From assembly GCA_964016885.1 (NCBI GenBank), contig OZ024741.1:89900001-89964000 (forward strand): DNA of 64,000 nucleotides, written 5' to 3'. This document shows positions 39,754-54,525 of the stretch, in pieces. Source of the DNA: Eledone cirrhosa. Its lineage: Eukaryota. Made by a program: the position numbers and the translations under genes. The notes under the pieces were generated by a model, which made no database searches, had not been told where the DNA came from, and saw only the letters and a program-made list of their open reading frames with translations. The stretch's first letter is position 1, and every line of letters begins with the position of its first letter.

Positions 39754-41559
39754 GCATTTGGCATCAAACAGAATTAATTGAAACAGGAAATAGAAAATAA
39801 CATACTGTTGAGGAAATCTACTGACTGGCAAATATGAAAACTAGTACATTTATGGAGATATGTTTTAGGAAACTGCAACAGTATATCCTTTACACCTATA
39901 ATTAGTGAAATATCGGGTTAATAAATGTTGAAATAATAAATTTGAAAATTAGGGGTTTCAGAGCCGAGTAAAAAATAAGACACGTTGTGAAAAAAAAGAA
40001 CTCTATAAAAATCACAATATGGCTCCTAAACTATTTTTTTCTTTTCTATCGTAATGTGAATTTCGGGAGTCACAACACAAACGTTTCGGTCGTGAACTCC
40101 GTCAAGATGTTTCTATAAATTTTGCACACACTATTTTCAAGGACAAGATGGCGAAAACATTGCGTGGAGAACAGTCAGTAACACTCGCAGCATCAGCCAT
40201 TCAGCCAAATGTAGCTCTTTCTTCAGGCGGAATGCACTCTCCGATTTTGAGGAAGAAAATGCCTGACAGGAGGACATCAGAGGTTTCGACAGCAACCGGC
40301 AAAAAAAAAAAAAAAGAAACGGCTAATCAAATCCCGATATTTTATTATCTTCCGCTTCGTTACGTTAATGGTGGCCATGCCTGGGTTTCTGACCGAAGTA
40401 ATGAGATTAAAACTGGTGAACGTGTCGTTGTATGTGGCGTGCCAGATTAGAGATTTATCCATTCAAACGAGAAAATGATTATTTCGGCTGTGCGCTTGCC
40501 GTCACTACAGTCAAAGCCGACAGGCCCTAGTTGTGATGGGAAACCGATGTTTGTGCCCTCACCATCAAGTAGGGTCAAGGTTGACAAAGAGGGCCCCGAA
40601 TTGGGTCATGAACGATGTTTGGCTTCGTGGCAAACAGGAGCCAAGTAAGATGTTGCTGGTCCAGGGAAGACTCGAGCTTCGTGTTGGTTGAGCTGCATGT
40701 CTTCCCAGTTGCATTTATATCCTGCATTCAGTGTGTGTGTGTGTAGGGGGGGGGGGCATTTCCCTTCCCGCTACCTTCCGCATTATTCATTATTTAATAT
40801 TTCCTTCTATTCCTCCCCCCTTTCTATTTCTGTTTATTATTTTAATCCTCTTTTTTAAAAATACTTATTATTGCATACTTGTTCGCTATTAAATGCGATA
40901 TTTTCAATCTTCCAAAATTTTATAAGCCTCACAAACATTAATCCCTCATTTGAAATTGTTATTGCTGGTTGTGTAGCGACTTCAGTAGCCGATGGTGGTG
41001 AAGGTGTTACGGCAACTGAAGTTGGCCTTGTTATTGTTGATACTACTAATGTTGTAGTTGATTTTTGTACCAAACAGATGGCTTATTGTTTAATTCCGAT
41101 ATACATTGTATTAGTTAAGAACTAATATACAGTTGAGATGAAAGGAAATAAAACCCCGCCAGGTATTCTTAATTGTTGTTATTTCTAAAGTTCTCTTCTC
41201 CCCAAGTATGTATATATTTATCAATGTATGTGTTTGTTGCCGTGGTCATGTGTGGTGTACGTAGCTGCAATACTTGTTGCTGTAGTCATCGCTGCTGCAG
41301 TTGTTGTTCTTTAGAACCAGATAAAGTTGATCGAGCGGATCTAGGGTTAAAGGTATTCCAGTCATGACTATCCCATTATGCCCCATATGTAAGGAACCAA
41401 GAAGTATATTATTCAATATCTTTTTTAAATGACAGGAGAATTTGAGGCAGGTTTGACTTCTATTTCTAGCAGTTTGAATTACCATGTAGATGTTCGTTCA
41501 TTGACTCCCATTGTTGCGATGTTCCATGGGAGTGAGGTGAGTCTTTCTCTCTCTCCCTC

Positions 41560-41629
<70 letters not shown>

Positions 41630-41659
41630 CGTACGTGCATTTTGTATTATATTCTACAA

Positions 41660-41790
41660 CGGATTTCATTCATTGGCAGAATCGTTAGAGCGCCAGACAA
41701 ATGTTTTGCGGTATTTGTTCCGTTCTGGATTAAAAGTCTGCCGTAGTCAACTTTGCTTTTATCCTACCGAGGTCGATAAAATAAAGTAAA
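41660..41790 (+). mobile_element. Meta-type SINE
   Basis: ttggcagaatcgttagagcg...gtcaactttgcttttatcctaccgaggtcgataaaataaagta. Confidence 0.75.
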
Positions 41791-42749
41791 GTAGGTGTAA
41801 GCGTAGATGTGTGAGCACCATCATCTTTATCTTCCTTTCACTTTATTTTTGATTTGTTTCTTTTGTGGTTTCCGATTTTCTGTGTTAGCCGTTGTGCAGC
41901 CATCGTCAGTTTGTATATTTAGCTCAATGCTAAACATTTGTATTTGAACCAGTATACTATAGTATAGCATATTATATTACGCTAGGTATATAATTGTCGC
42001 CATTGCCAGTCTGTCTTTACTTCTATATATTTTAATGTTTGCTATGTTAAGAGTGTTTATAGTATTAATTTATAGTATTATATCATATTATACTTCATGG
42101 TGGTCAATGTAATCTTACTCATTTTTCTATTGAGACTAAGTCTGTCTTCCCGTAATTGGAATTCAGTATTTTTTACAGTATCGGATCGTATGAATACATG
42201 TAGAGGATTTCTAGTCTGATATTTTTTATTGAGGCGTCTTGTTTTTTTGTTGTCCCCCCCCCCCCCCCCGAGAATCTTAGTAAAGCACGGACGCTGGTCT
42301 CTTCTGATTGTGTCAACATTGATGCTCCTCTATTGTCCGACATCAGGTTGTTTCTATATAGGTTGTAAATAGACATTTCATGCTGTGTAATAAGACCAAA
42401 GTTTCACAGTTTATTTGAGATTGGTTTTGAAAATTCTGCAGTTATTAGTTCATGGTCCATAGGGCCCTTAACTCCAGAATGAGCTCTACGGGTGCCGTCT
42501 TGACATACAGCATATCTTTGGCAATTAAACCTGGCGGAACCAATTCCTCTCCAGCAACAAAGACGATTTCTTCTCGAGAAAAAGAGAACAGACGAGAAAG
42601 AAAGTGGACATCGCAAAGATGAAAGGCAAAGAATTTGAACTCATTGCAGAGACCCGAAACAAATACCGTAAAGCATTATATCCGACATTCTAACAATTTT
42701 GATAATTCACTTGGAGTTATTAATACGGTATGTTATGCTCCCGTAACAC

Positions 42750-43070
42750 CTGATAGACTCGTAGAGGCGCCGTATTGACACACGGCGCGTTTCTTGGGCG
42801 TTTTAAGCCTGGTGGAGCCCATCGCTCTCCTGGACTGAATACAGCAGGTTTCTCCCAGAGAGAAGTAGAAAGTGAGAGAGAGGAAGTGAGAAAGAGATAC
42901 AGAGGAAGAATCGACCCCAGTACTAGACTGGTACTATTTTTATCGACCTCTAAAGGATGAAAGGCAAAGTTGACCTCGGTGGGATTTGAACTCAGAGAGC
43001 AGAGAGCCAGAATGAATACCATAAAGTATTCTATTCGACGTTCTAACGACTCTGGCAATTCGCCGCCTTC
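42750..43070 (-). mobile_element. Meta-type SINE with extended 3' tail
   Basis: Full SINE at 42905-43070 plus a tail shared with 14420-14575 and 17740-17830. Confidence 0.75.
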
Positions 43071-43084
43071 GGAGATATTTGTAT

Positions 43085-43370
43085 AGTTATGGGCAACATG
43101 CGGCCCGCGAAGCTTTCTGAATGGCTCGCCTAAGTCATCCAAGTGAAATCTTTCTGATTTTTTTACCCCAACTTTTCAGTCGTAATTTATCTTTCTATCA
43201 TTTTTATGATCGAGAAAAACGTGTACGAATTCTGAAGAAACAAATCAAAACAACCTGAGTTACCACTCTTTTTTTAGTGTAGGCACGAATGTAAATTAGC
43301 ACTTGCGGCCCGCCTGATGATGAGCCATATCTCATGCGGCCCGCTTCTCGAAAAAGGTTGCCCATGCCTG
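43085..43370. mobile_element. hAT/Charlie-like MITE
   Basis: TIRs atgggcaac / gttgcccatgcctg, with three tgcggcccgc motifs. Confidence 0.75.
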
Positions 43371-43902
43371 GTATAGAGTATTAATTTTTCTTTTTAGACT
43401 AGTTTTGTAAACTTTAAAGTAGTTTAGTTCTTTGTGTAGTGTTGAGAAACATTACATCCCGGAACTTATTGCTGCCGTACTATAAGTCCATTTTATATTG
43501 TTTTGTTTTATAAAATACGTTTATCGCTTTAACCTATTCTAGAATTTGTTACGGTATATGGAGAATACTCCATTTATTTTTGATGATGATTGTTTCGAAC
43601 AGTTTCGACCCCTCTATAAAACGTGATCCGGTTCCGCTGGCTATATAATTGAGAAAAAAGAAAACACTTGGTTGACAAATTAGCCCAACATTAAGGACAA
43701 TGTATGTACAGAAGAAATATCTTAACTTTGATAACTTTGATAGCTTTAGGCCAGTATTGGCTCAGACCACGTCTAACCTAATAGCAGCACCTAGCTACGT
43801 GAATAGAAAGAGAAGTGATCAGACGTTTTGGATGAAACACTTTATCAAAGTAAGAAAAGAAAAAAATAAGAAATATGAAAATGTGTAGGAATACAAGCTG
43901 GA

Positions 43903-43957
<55 letters not shown>

Positions 43958-43980
43958 TATCATGTTAGTTATATAATAAT

Positions 43981-44024
43981 TTAATTTACATATGTTTCAT
44001 CCTCAAGGAACTCGTCGGAATTAA
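43981..44024 (-). ncRNA. Hammerhead motif with CCGACGA (U4C) core (family I)
   Basis: ttaatt-CCGACGA-gt-tcc-ttga-gga-t-GAAA-CATATG-TA-aattaa; ~30 nt from (TA)n. Confidence 0.65.
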
Positions 44025-44127
44025 ACGAGATATAAATGCCTCAACAGTTTCATCTCATCTAAAAACATAACATACCGGAGAACGTTTTGTTTACCTACAT
44101 CTTTCCAGTTTTTATATTTGAAAACGA

Positions 44128-44197
<70 letters not shown>

Positions 44198-44384
44198 GTC
44201 TCCCCCCTCTCCCTCTCTCTCTCTCTCTCTCAATATATATATATATATATAACAAATAGAGTGTGGTAAGATACCAGGTAGACCATATTCAATACTTAGG
44301 ATAGTAGAGCGGGTAATAGGAAAAGAATTCGGATCTAGCTGTCGAAACAGCCGGACCTCAGCCGTCGGGGTCCTGACTCTTTTC

Positions 44385-45459
<1,075 letters not shown>

Positions 45460-46289
45460 AGAGAAACTGTGAAATGCGACGGCTGCCACTTGAAAAAGTC
45501 CGTCTCCCCCATACTTATATTTAGAGCAGGTTAGGAGTTGGAGAATATGGATGATGTCTATAGACATTTAGTTCATGACTGGCTTCGTTTGTACAAATGT
45601 ATTTTTACGAGTTTGGAATCCGATGTTCTTATCCACTAAATGTTTCGTTTATTGTTGGTTTTCTGAGTGTATCATTTACGTATAGGGCATTTGTTGATTG
45701 CTTTGCGTTTGTTCTGGGTGTGTCTGTGTTCGGATTTGTCTGTTTGACAGGCCTACTTGCTTGTTTCTATATATATACGTAATATATATATATATTAAAA
45801 TTTACTACACTTACTACCATATATGCGCGAACTTATGTTTCAGGGTCCAGTTATGGTCACCAATGTATAGTGGAGGAGCCTCTCTTAGTCGTGCATACAT
45901 GTTAAGTGTATGGAATTTTAATCTATATTACTAACACATAGAATGTCTGTCTGTTTGTCTGTACAATCACTAAAACTCGAGAACCACCCAACCGATTGTT
46001 TTCAAACTTTACACATGTTATACTTATGGTCCTATTGAGTGTTCTGAGCAAAAACAATTTCAAATTTTCAATGCCCTAGGGACCGCATTGGGCGATTTAG
46101 CGATCTCTTTCTCTCTCTCTTAATCTTTCTCTTTTTAGATAGATACATAGATATGACGTCGCGCCTTTATAATATCTGTCTGTATGCCTGGCTGTCTGTA
46201 TTACGTCATTATTATGCGATCAGTGTGTGTGTATATATGTATATATAGTGTGTGTGTATATATATATATATTCTTATGCCAGGGAACGT

Positions 46290-46745
46290 CTTCACGAACC
46301 AAAGTATCGTCTTCCTGTTTTCCTTCGGTTGCAACGTTTTTCGAAATATTTACATCTGCGTTCACAGATTGATTTTTTTAGTTTCAGAAGATCCCGTTAA
46401 CCGATTCTTTGCTTAAACTTTAATATGTTATTTTAATATAGATATTCGTGTACAGATTTTTTTCATACACAAAAACAAAATATAAACAAACAAGGCTGGC
46501 GATTACATAATCGCATGCATCATTGACAGATATTTTTGCATACACAAAAACAAAATATAAACAAACAAGGCTGGCGATTACATCATTTAGTCTTAGTGTA
46601 CTTCATACTGCTTTTATGTAGAATATCCCGTTAAGGGTGAAAGCAGTGATTCATTTTCTGCGTTCACAGATTGATTTTTTAGTTTCAGAAGATCCCGTTA
46701 AGGGTGAAAGCAGTGATTCTTTGCTTAAACTTTAATCTATATATT
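46290..46745 (+). mobile_element. Family E pLTR fragments with local duplications; CAGAAGA hammerhead at 46681-46731
   Basis: Matches 51260-51430 and the reverse complement of 61575-61730. Confidence 0.75.
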
Positions 46746-46913
46746 AATTTATATATATATATAAATATAAATTAGCAAGAATCGTATTTCGGCTTAGGAA
46801 TTAACGAAAAACAACTTCCGAGATGTGTGGCAAGCGCTCGATGATTCAGATGAATCAGAGCTACAACATACGTTAAAGGCCAAACACACTGAGACGATCT
46901 GTACACGAATATA

Positions 46914-46976
<63 letters not shown>

Positions 46977-47122
46977 AATAGAATGAAATGAAATTTCATT
47001 TCTCACTCTTAGTACGGCACTTACTATATATATATATAATTATATATTCGTGTACAGATATTTTTGCATACACAATAACAAAATATTAACAAACGTATTT
47101 ATTTCACGAGGCTCGAATATTC

Positions 47123-47191
<69 letters not shown>

Positions 47192-47250
47192 CGTGAAATT
47201 AATAAACATTTGTTGTACTGCCTCTCTGTTTTATTCCCGTTCAATTTTTC

Positions 47251-47316
<66 letters not shown>

Positions 47317-47914
47317 GAATATCCGTAGATTTTTCCCATCAATTTATTAAAAATGTTATCATAGTTTGCTCCCCCACTTTGTCCCTCTACCTTTTAAATT
47401 TAATTTTTCTCCCCACCATTTTATTTTATTTTCCTGATTATTCTCGCTTTTTTTTTGCAATTAATTAATCTTTGAAAATATTTTCATTATTGAATAGCTC
47501 TTCAAATAAAGAAGTATTAGTTAAGTGCAGAAAAAATAGCGAAAACTGAGATAACTGGGATATACGTGGAAATGATGTCATTCTATGTTGCTATTGGCAA
47601 CGTTGATTGATTCCTATAGTATTCCTATTCAAGTATTGAGAGTTCAGTATTTTGGTTCTGAATTCACGCCATTAGCACCACCGCTACTACACACATCACC
47701 CCAACCACAATCACCATCACCACCACCACAAAAACAACAACACCTAATATTTTCTAATATAACTCTGTGGAAATCTACTTTTCTATTTCCGTTTCTCACT
47801 TTTGTTTCATACACTTAGTAATATAACTGCATATAGACACACCTACCATACATATAAAGTGGCAATGAATGATGATGAAAACAAAATAAAAATGTGTGAT
47901 TGATTAACTGGTGG

Positions 47915-48530
47915 GTGTAAAATCAGTCAGCTGGAATTTGCAAACGACATGGTGTTATTTAACTCGACAGAAGATGATCTCCGACTTGCACTTGATAGGT
48001 TTGATGCCAAGTGCTGCATGGCTGGAATGAAAATCAGTGCTGCGAAAACTGAGATACTCGTCCTCTCAAGGAAGCCAACACAGTACACTCAGCATGTGAG
48101 TGGAGTTCCACTGAAGCAGGTAGAGAAGTTCAAGTATCTTGGGGCTGTGTTCACAATGGAAGGCAGGAGGCTGAATTAAGTGCAAGAATTACAGGTGCAA
48201 GAATTGCCAGCTTCAGCATTCAGTAATCAGAAGGGAGGTAGACGTAAAAAACCAAACACGCTATCTTCAATCCGGTTTTCGTGCCAACCCTTACCTATGG
48301 TCATGGATCTTGGGTAATGACCGAAAGAATACGATCGCGAATAAAAGTGGCCGAAATGGGATTCCTTCTAAAGGTCTTTGGAGTAACGTTACTCGATAAA
48401 GTGCGTAGCTCGGAGATCAGAGAGTCACTCCAGGCAGAGACTCTACATCTTCGAATGGAAAAATCACAGCTCCGATATCATGGGCATGTAGGAAGAATCA
48501 CTGGACAGCTTTTACGGGCAAAACCAACAC
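47915..48530 (+). pseudogene. RTE-clade LINE fragment, same family as 11050-11950
   Basis: GMKISAAKTE, VEKFKYLG, PTLTYG..EMGFL; nucleotide similarity to 11170-11810. Confidence 0.88.
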
Positions 48531-48747
48531 GAAATATCATTCCATGCCCGCTGTTTATGCTTTGACGAAATGGCTAATAAATGCATCTATTTGTCTGAAA
48601 TAGAGTTATTTACTTTGACAAATATTGGACTTATAACAACATGCAAATCCATGATAATCGTGGAAACCAGATGGTTAACAATAACAGAATCATGACAAAA
48701 TGATGAAGCAAAATTGTGAAATACAGTATGTTTCGTATAAAAGCGTA

Positions 48748-48779
<32 letters not shown>

Positions 48780-49407
48780 GGGTGACTATTGATGTGAGTG
48801 AAGAATTTAGAATGAGTAAGAGATAGCAAATGACAGACTGTCGTAGTCAACTAACCGAGAGCGTTGTGGTGGTGGGGCAACAGTGATAGAAATTGGTCCC
48901 AGCCAGTTCTACTGCTACCAAAGCCTGCGACCAAATGAGAAGCAGATTGCTAGTATCACTGGTTTTTGCACTGAAATTAATGCAATACGCACACTATGGA
49001 AATAGCTTTAATTACGTACAATAAGGAATTATGTATGAGAATAAGGTAATAAAAAGTTTAAATGATAAAGTCCTTTAGTGATAATGCCATGATACATATT
49101 TCGAGGGCAACTTTGTCTGCACAATTCAACGGAGAAACAACTGGCATGCTTTTTTCAGACAGCGTTTTGCATAATAAAGTAGGTAATCAAGGAGGTAATC
49201 CAAAATTGAAGAGACAAGGGAACGGACAAACAGTGACGTGTCATGAATCCAGTGCCCGCTCCCCTGTATATATATATACGTAGCCGATCTTTCGAGTCTT
49301 CACCTTATTTTATAGCATCGCCGCGCAATAAGCAGACTACGCCATGCCGTATATCAATACGGCGCCCCTACGACTGTATCAGGAGTTACGGATACATACA
49401 TACCTAC

Positions 49408-49488
<81 letters not shown>

Positions 49489-49491
<3 letters not shown>

Positions 49492-49941
49492 GATATATTA
49501 ACAAATGGAAACTATATTTATAAAACCATATTTATTTCATTATACATATTTCAAGGACACCAAGTTAAATTATGGTGTGCTTTCATCAGATAAAATATAA
49601 TATAGATCAGTTTTATAAATAAATATTGACATACTCTTAAAGAATGCGACCATTTCTGTTGGAAGCTCCCGGATAGAAGCTTCCAACAGAAATGGTCGCA
49701 TTTTTTAAGGGTATGTCAATATTTATTTATAAAACTGATCTATATTATATTTTATCTGATGAAAGCACACCATAATTTAACTTGGTGTCCTTGAAATATG
49801 TATAATGAAATAAATATGGTTTTATAAATATAGTTTCCATTTGTTAATATATCGTATTTTTACTCTAATAATTTGTTGAGTGCTTTATATCAGTTATAAA
49901 AATATTTGGTTGTTGTATCCCAACAATTTAAATAGAACTTC

Positions 49942-49945
<4 letters not shown>
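49489..49945. mobile_element. Family D element with ~179-bp fold-back arms (49489-49667 / 49678-49856); hammerheads at ~49752-49805 (+) and mirror ~49540-49593 (-)
   Basis: CTGATGA-aagcacacca..tggtgtcctt-GAAA-TATG-TA; (TA)n on both sides. Confidence 0.8.
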
Positions 49946-50036
<91 letters not shown>

Positions 50037-50094
50037 GATATTTTTTCCAAATCAAACCCGCCCGTCTCCTCAATCTATCTTATTTCTCATTATT

Positions 50095-50130
50095 TCTTCT
50101 GATGAAAGACTAGCGTCCGAAACGTTAAGA
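50095..50130 (+). ncRNA. Minimal hammerhead, family C (element ~50035-50220)
   Basis: tctt-CTGATGA-aagac-tagc-gtcc-GAAA-CG-TT-aaga. Confidence 0.75.
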
Positions 50131-50245
50131 CTCTTCCTGCTATTTCAAGCGTTAACCTAATATATTCCTTCCATATACTATACCGATCGTGTTGCTATTT
50201 CTGTTTACTTTTTACATTCATACATGCATACATACATACATATAT

Positions 50246-50301
<56 letters not shown>

Positions 50302-50557
50302 GAAAAGTATAGAAATTGTTGTAGCGAGAAGCTAACAGTATTCCATAACATATATATATACATATATATATATAGAGAGAGGGGGGGGGGGGGTTTACAT
50401 ATACATAAACCAGACAGAGCCATAGATATAGATATATATGTTTTTGGCAACCATTCACGGTATGGCTCAATGACGAAGTAATTAATTAAATAATCAACAA
50501 TCAGACCAATATATAAGAAAGTAAGTCCAAATTTTATTTGGACTTACTTCCACAAAG

Positions 50558-51156
50558 CGAGTGAGTTAATCGGCCGGGGTACCGAAAACGATAAACGGAA
50601 AAAATGAAACGAAATTTCATTTCTCACTCTTAGTACGGCTGGTACTTAAATATAAGTATGTATACGTACATACATATATGTATACAGACGTACAGTAGTA
50701 TGTATATATATATACATGCATGCACACATATATATATGTACGTATATATTAACTCACTTGATATGCAAATTAGGCTACTCAGCCGTTAATATGCATAAGG
50801 AAAGTATATACTTTCAGACGTTCAACCATCTGGCAGGAAAGTATACGTTGCTGTCGATAGCTAATAAGCTTGAAACAAGTACAGCGTTCCTTTGTCAGTG
50901 TTGAACAAATGAGCAACGATGGTTGCTAGACACTGTACGGCTTAATTCGGGATGTTTGTTTACAAACACACCGAGCATTATAATAAATGTTCGGTGAATC
51001 CATACGTACATATATATATGTGTGCATGTATGTATATATATATATATACATACTACTGTACGTCTGTATACATATATGTATGTACGTATACATACTTATA
51101 TTTAAGTAACAGCCGTACTAAGAGTGAGAAATGAAATTTCGTTTCATTTTTTCCGT
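50558..51156. mobile_element. Family A inverted pair; mutated HHR at 50846-50886 (+)
   Basis: 50558-50745 and 50750-51156 are opposite-strand family A pieces. Confidence 0.8.
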
Positions 51157-51355
51157 ATATATATATAGTAATAATAATAAATTTAAAGACTAAAATCCAA
51201 AGAGGGCTCGATATAAGGATAATGTATGTAGGTATGTATGCGCGTGTGTGTCTGCAGGAGAACGTTTCCACGAACCAAAGTATCGTCTTCCTGTCTTCCT
51301 TCGGTTGCAACGTTTTTTGAAATATTTACTTCTGCGTTCACAGATTCATTTTTTT

Positions 51356-51406
51356 AGTTTCAGAAGATCCCGTTAAGGGTGAAAGCAGCGATTCTTTGCT
51401 TAAACT
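51356..51406 (+). ncRNA. Hammerhead with CAGAAGA (U4A) core, family E
   Basis: agttt-CAGAAGA-t-ccc-gttaa-ggg-t-GAAA-GCA-gcgattctt-TGC-TT-aaact. Confidence 0.7.
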
Positions 51407-52132
51407 TTAATCTGTTATTTTAATAGATATATACACACGTATATATCCATCGTTTGGAGATGACACACGTGTAGTGGCAGCGTGGAGATGAGAAAACATA
51501 AATCCACAGGGGAACATACACACAAACAGGGTGTCTAAAAAATGTATACACGCTTTTACTCATTACTTTTGTATTATACACGACCGTTAACACACACATC
51601 GTGTATATATTTCTGGGATATCTAGTATGTAAATACAGAAAAGGGCAGAAAAGGGAAAAATAAAGACAAAGTGAGATAAAGATTCACGTATAAGCAAGTT
51701 GTTATCTCAAATACCCTTATTTAGAAAATCCCTAATATCAACATTTTACCACTACTTATTACTTAAAACCTTTTATCTTGCCCCTGCAGACACACACGCG
51801 CATACATACATACATACATACATACATACATACATACATACATACATACATACATACATACATACATACATACATACGCATATATTCAGACAAACACACA
51901 CCTGCAGTATTATGTTACTCACCAGAGACCAGTGACACAATCATCAGATAGCGAAACATTCTTATTGTTGTTGTTGTTTTTCGTGTTGTTTCAGGGCTGA
52001 AGTGATGTTGATGTTTCAGATAAGAACTTATATATGAATCTTTATCTCATGCATGCATGCACGCATGTATGTATGTATGTATGTATGTATGTATGTATGT
52101 ATGTATGTATGTATGTATGTATGTATGTATGT

Positions 52133-52400
52133 GGCTTTGTGGTTAAGGTATTCGGCTCACAATCGTAAGTTCGTGAGTTCGATACCCGGCTGCGTGTTGT
52201 ACCCTTAAGCAAGACACCCTATTTCACGTTGAGTTTTTCCTGTAATTCGAAAGGCCAGCCTTGTCACATTCTGTGTGGCGCCGTATTTCCTGAGAACTAC
52301 GTTAGGGGTACGCGTGTCTGTGGAATGCTCAGCCACTTTCACGTTGATTTTACGAGCAGGCTGTTCCGTTGATCGGATCAAGTGGAACACTCGCCGTCGT
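52133..52400 (+). mobile_element. CORE-type tRNA SINE
   Basis: A box tggttaagg, B box gagttcgatac, CORE-like tgtacccttaagcaagacac. Confidence 0.8.
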
Positions 52401-52506
52401 CACCGATGAAGTGTCTTTCATTCCATTCCATGTATGTGTGCATGTATGTATGTATAAAGATCCCAATGCTTGTTTGTAGAGTTTCAGGTAAAAGCTGGAT
52501 ATATTT

Positions 52507-52605
<99 letters not shown>

Positions 52606-52689
52606 ATCTTTATTGTTTCTCCACCATTTCTCCTCCTGCCATTCCACCACTTTTATTTGTCCTTACAAAATCCAGACTCAGGATACACC

Positions 52690-53400
52690 TTATTCTACAA
52701 AGGTCAGCCAGAAAATGACCATCGCGAAGCTTGAAAACTTGAACGACCTTCTAAACAACGTATCTCTCGTTAATCTCAATGTGAGCGAGGCCATGGAGCA
52801 GGCTTCCGTCATTAACAAGCTTGATGATCCTCCTACATTGGGAAGAGTTTCAGATTCCAGTAAAACAAATGAACACTGGCAAATCACCTGGGAAAGGTGG
52901 TATAGTAACTGAAATAGTACAACTTGTTACTTGTTACTAATAATACAACAGTTAACGATCTGTTACATAACATATACCACCAGGTGTGGTCGAAGGAGGT
53001 GATCTCTCAGTACTGGAAGGTTACCAAAGATGTCTGTGACAACTACCGCGGGATCTCTACTATCAGTTGTTGATAAAATCTATGCCAGGATCCTTCTTAA
53101 TAGTCTGTTGATGCACGTTGTACCTAGCATTCTGCCGGAATCTCAGTGTGGTTTCCGTCCATATCAGGGCATTGCACATATGATCTTCACTGCGCGGAAG
53201 ATGCAGGAGAAGTGTAAAGAGCAACAGCTTAATCTGTACAATTGTTTTATTGATTGCTCTGAGAATATGAGGAAGCTTATACGTTCATTGCATGTTGACA
53301 TGAGAGCATGAGTTTTCATCAATGGTGAGCTCCTAAAACCTTTCTCAGTTGAGACAAGCGTGAAACCTGCGACCAGCTCACTCCGACTTTGTTTGCACAG
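52690..53400 (+). pseudogene. Degenerate RTE (BovB-like) LINE RT fragment
   Basis: LDDPPTL, GKSPG, SLLSVVDKIYARILLN..LPESQCGFR..MIFTARKMQEKCKEQ..FID. Confidence 0.85.
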
Positions 53401-53820
53401 CACTATGTGTCAGTAATTGTCACAAGTGTAGTGTTTGTACCAGAGTTTTCAAGTCGCTGGTTGGACTAAAAAGTCACACTCGTTCAGCGCAACAGTAGGG
53501 GTTCTCCTACATGGATGTAAAGTAGTGGCCGTACTCGAAAACGAGTTGGCAGCCACCATGTATGTATGTATGTATGTATGTATGTATGTATGTATGTATG
53601 TATGTATGTATGTATGTATGTATGTATGTATGTATGTATGTATGCAGGCATGTGTGTGTGTGTGTGTATGCGTGTGTGTGTGTGTGTGTGCGTGTGTGTG
53701 TGTGCTTTCAGTTCCTTAGAGGATTAACACCACACTCTGGATCTGATCATATCAACGAATTAACAAGGTAAAATCTATTCCAACATTATATTTTCCTGTT
53801 TGTTTTTGTTCAAGTTCTAA

Positions 53821-53877
53821 CTGTCTGATGAGGTAATAGCTGTTGAATAATGGCTATCACTGAAATATATATAACGG
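53821..53877 (+). ncRNA. Type I hammerhead ribozyme (family H)
   Basis: ctgt-CTGATGA-g-gtaatagctgtt-gaat-aatggctatcac-t-GAAA-TATATA-TA-acgg; the element runs to (TA)n at 53987. Confidence 0.8.
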
Positions 53878-53981
53878 AGTAAACAGACCCACCTGCGCAC
53901 TTCGTTGAGTGCTCTACCCTGCATACTGAAGTATCGGTAAACAACCAACACATACTAAACATTTTAATCTGTGCTATAATA

Positions 53982-54073
<92 letters not shown>

Positions 54074-54352
54074 AGAGAGAGAGAGAGAGGTGGGGGAGGA
54101 AGGTTCTGAGAGATGTTGGAGGCATAGAAATCCCTTAAAAATGACGTAAATCTTCCGGCTTGCTGTAAAGGTTTGCAATGATGTATGTTTAGATAAAATA
54201 TATGATATAAAGTTCTAAAGATTCTGTAAGACAATGAAAGATTTACGATGTTCAGTCGCCATAACTTATCAGGGATTTCAGAGTGTGTTAATTGTGGGGT
54301 GGTTTTGCGTGGGAAACTAAGTTTAATCTTTACTGAACTGAATTACAGAAGC

Positions 54353-54406
<54 letters not shown>

Positions 54407-54494
54407 GTACATACACAGATACATGTATGTATTGAGTACCTTATATAACTGTCGTCTCCTTCCGTTCCTCAACGAAAAACCATTATATATACAT

Positions 54495-54525
<31 letters not shown>

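Noticed and set aside
40855-41485. Thr/Ser-rich mucin-like exon, or a Gypsy integrase relic (ILLGSLHMGHNGIV)
   Set aside because: Too short and degenerate, with no convincing splice sites or second supporting motif.
51526-51626. Tc1/mariner-like MITE
   Set aside because: Terminal similarity is too degenerate to call from a single copy.
52133-52195. tRNA gene
   Set aside because: The A and B boxes continue into a multi-copy SINE body, so this is a SINE head.
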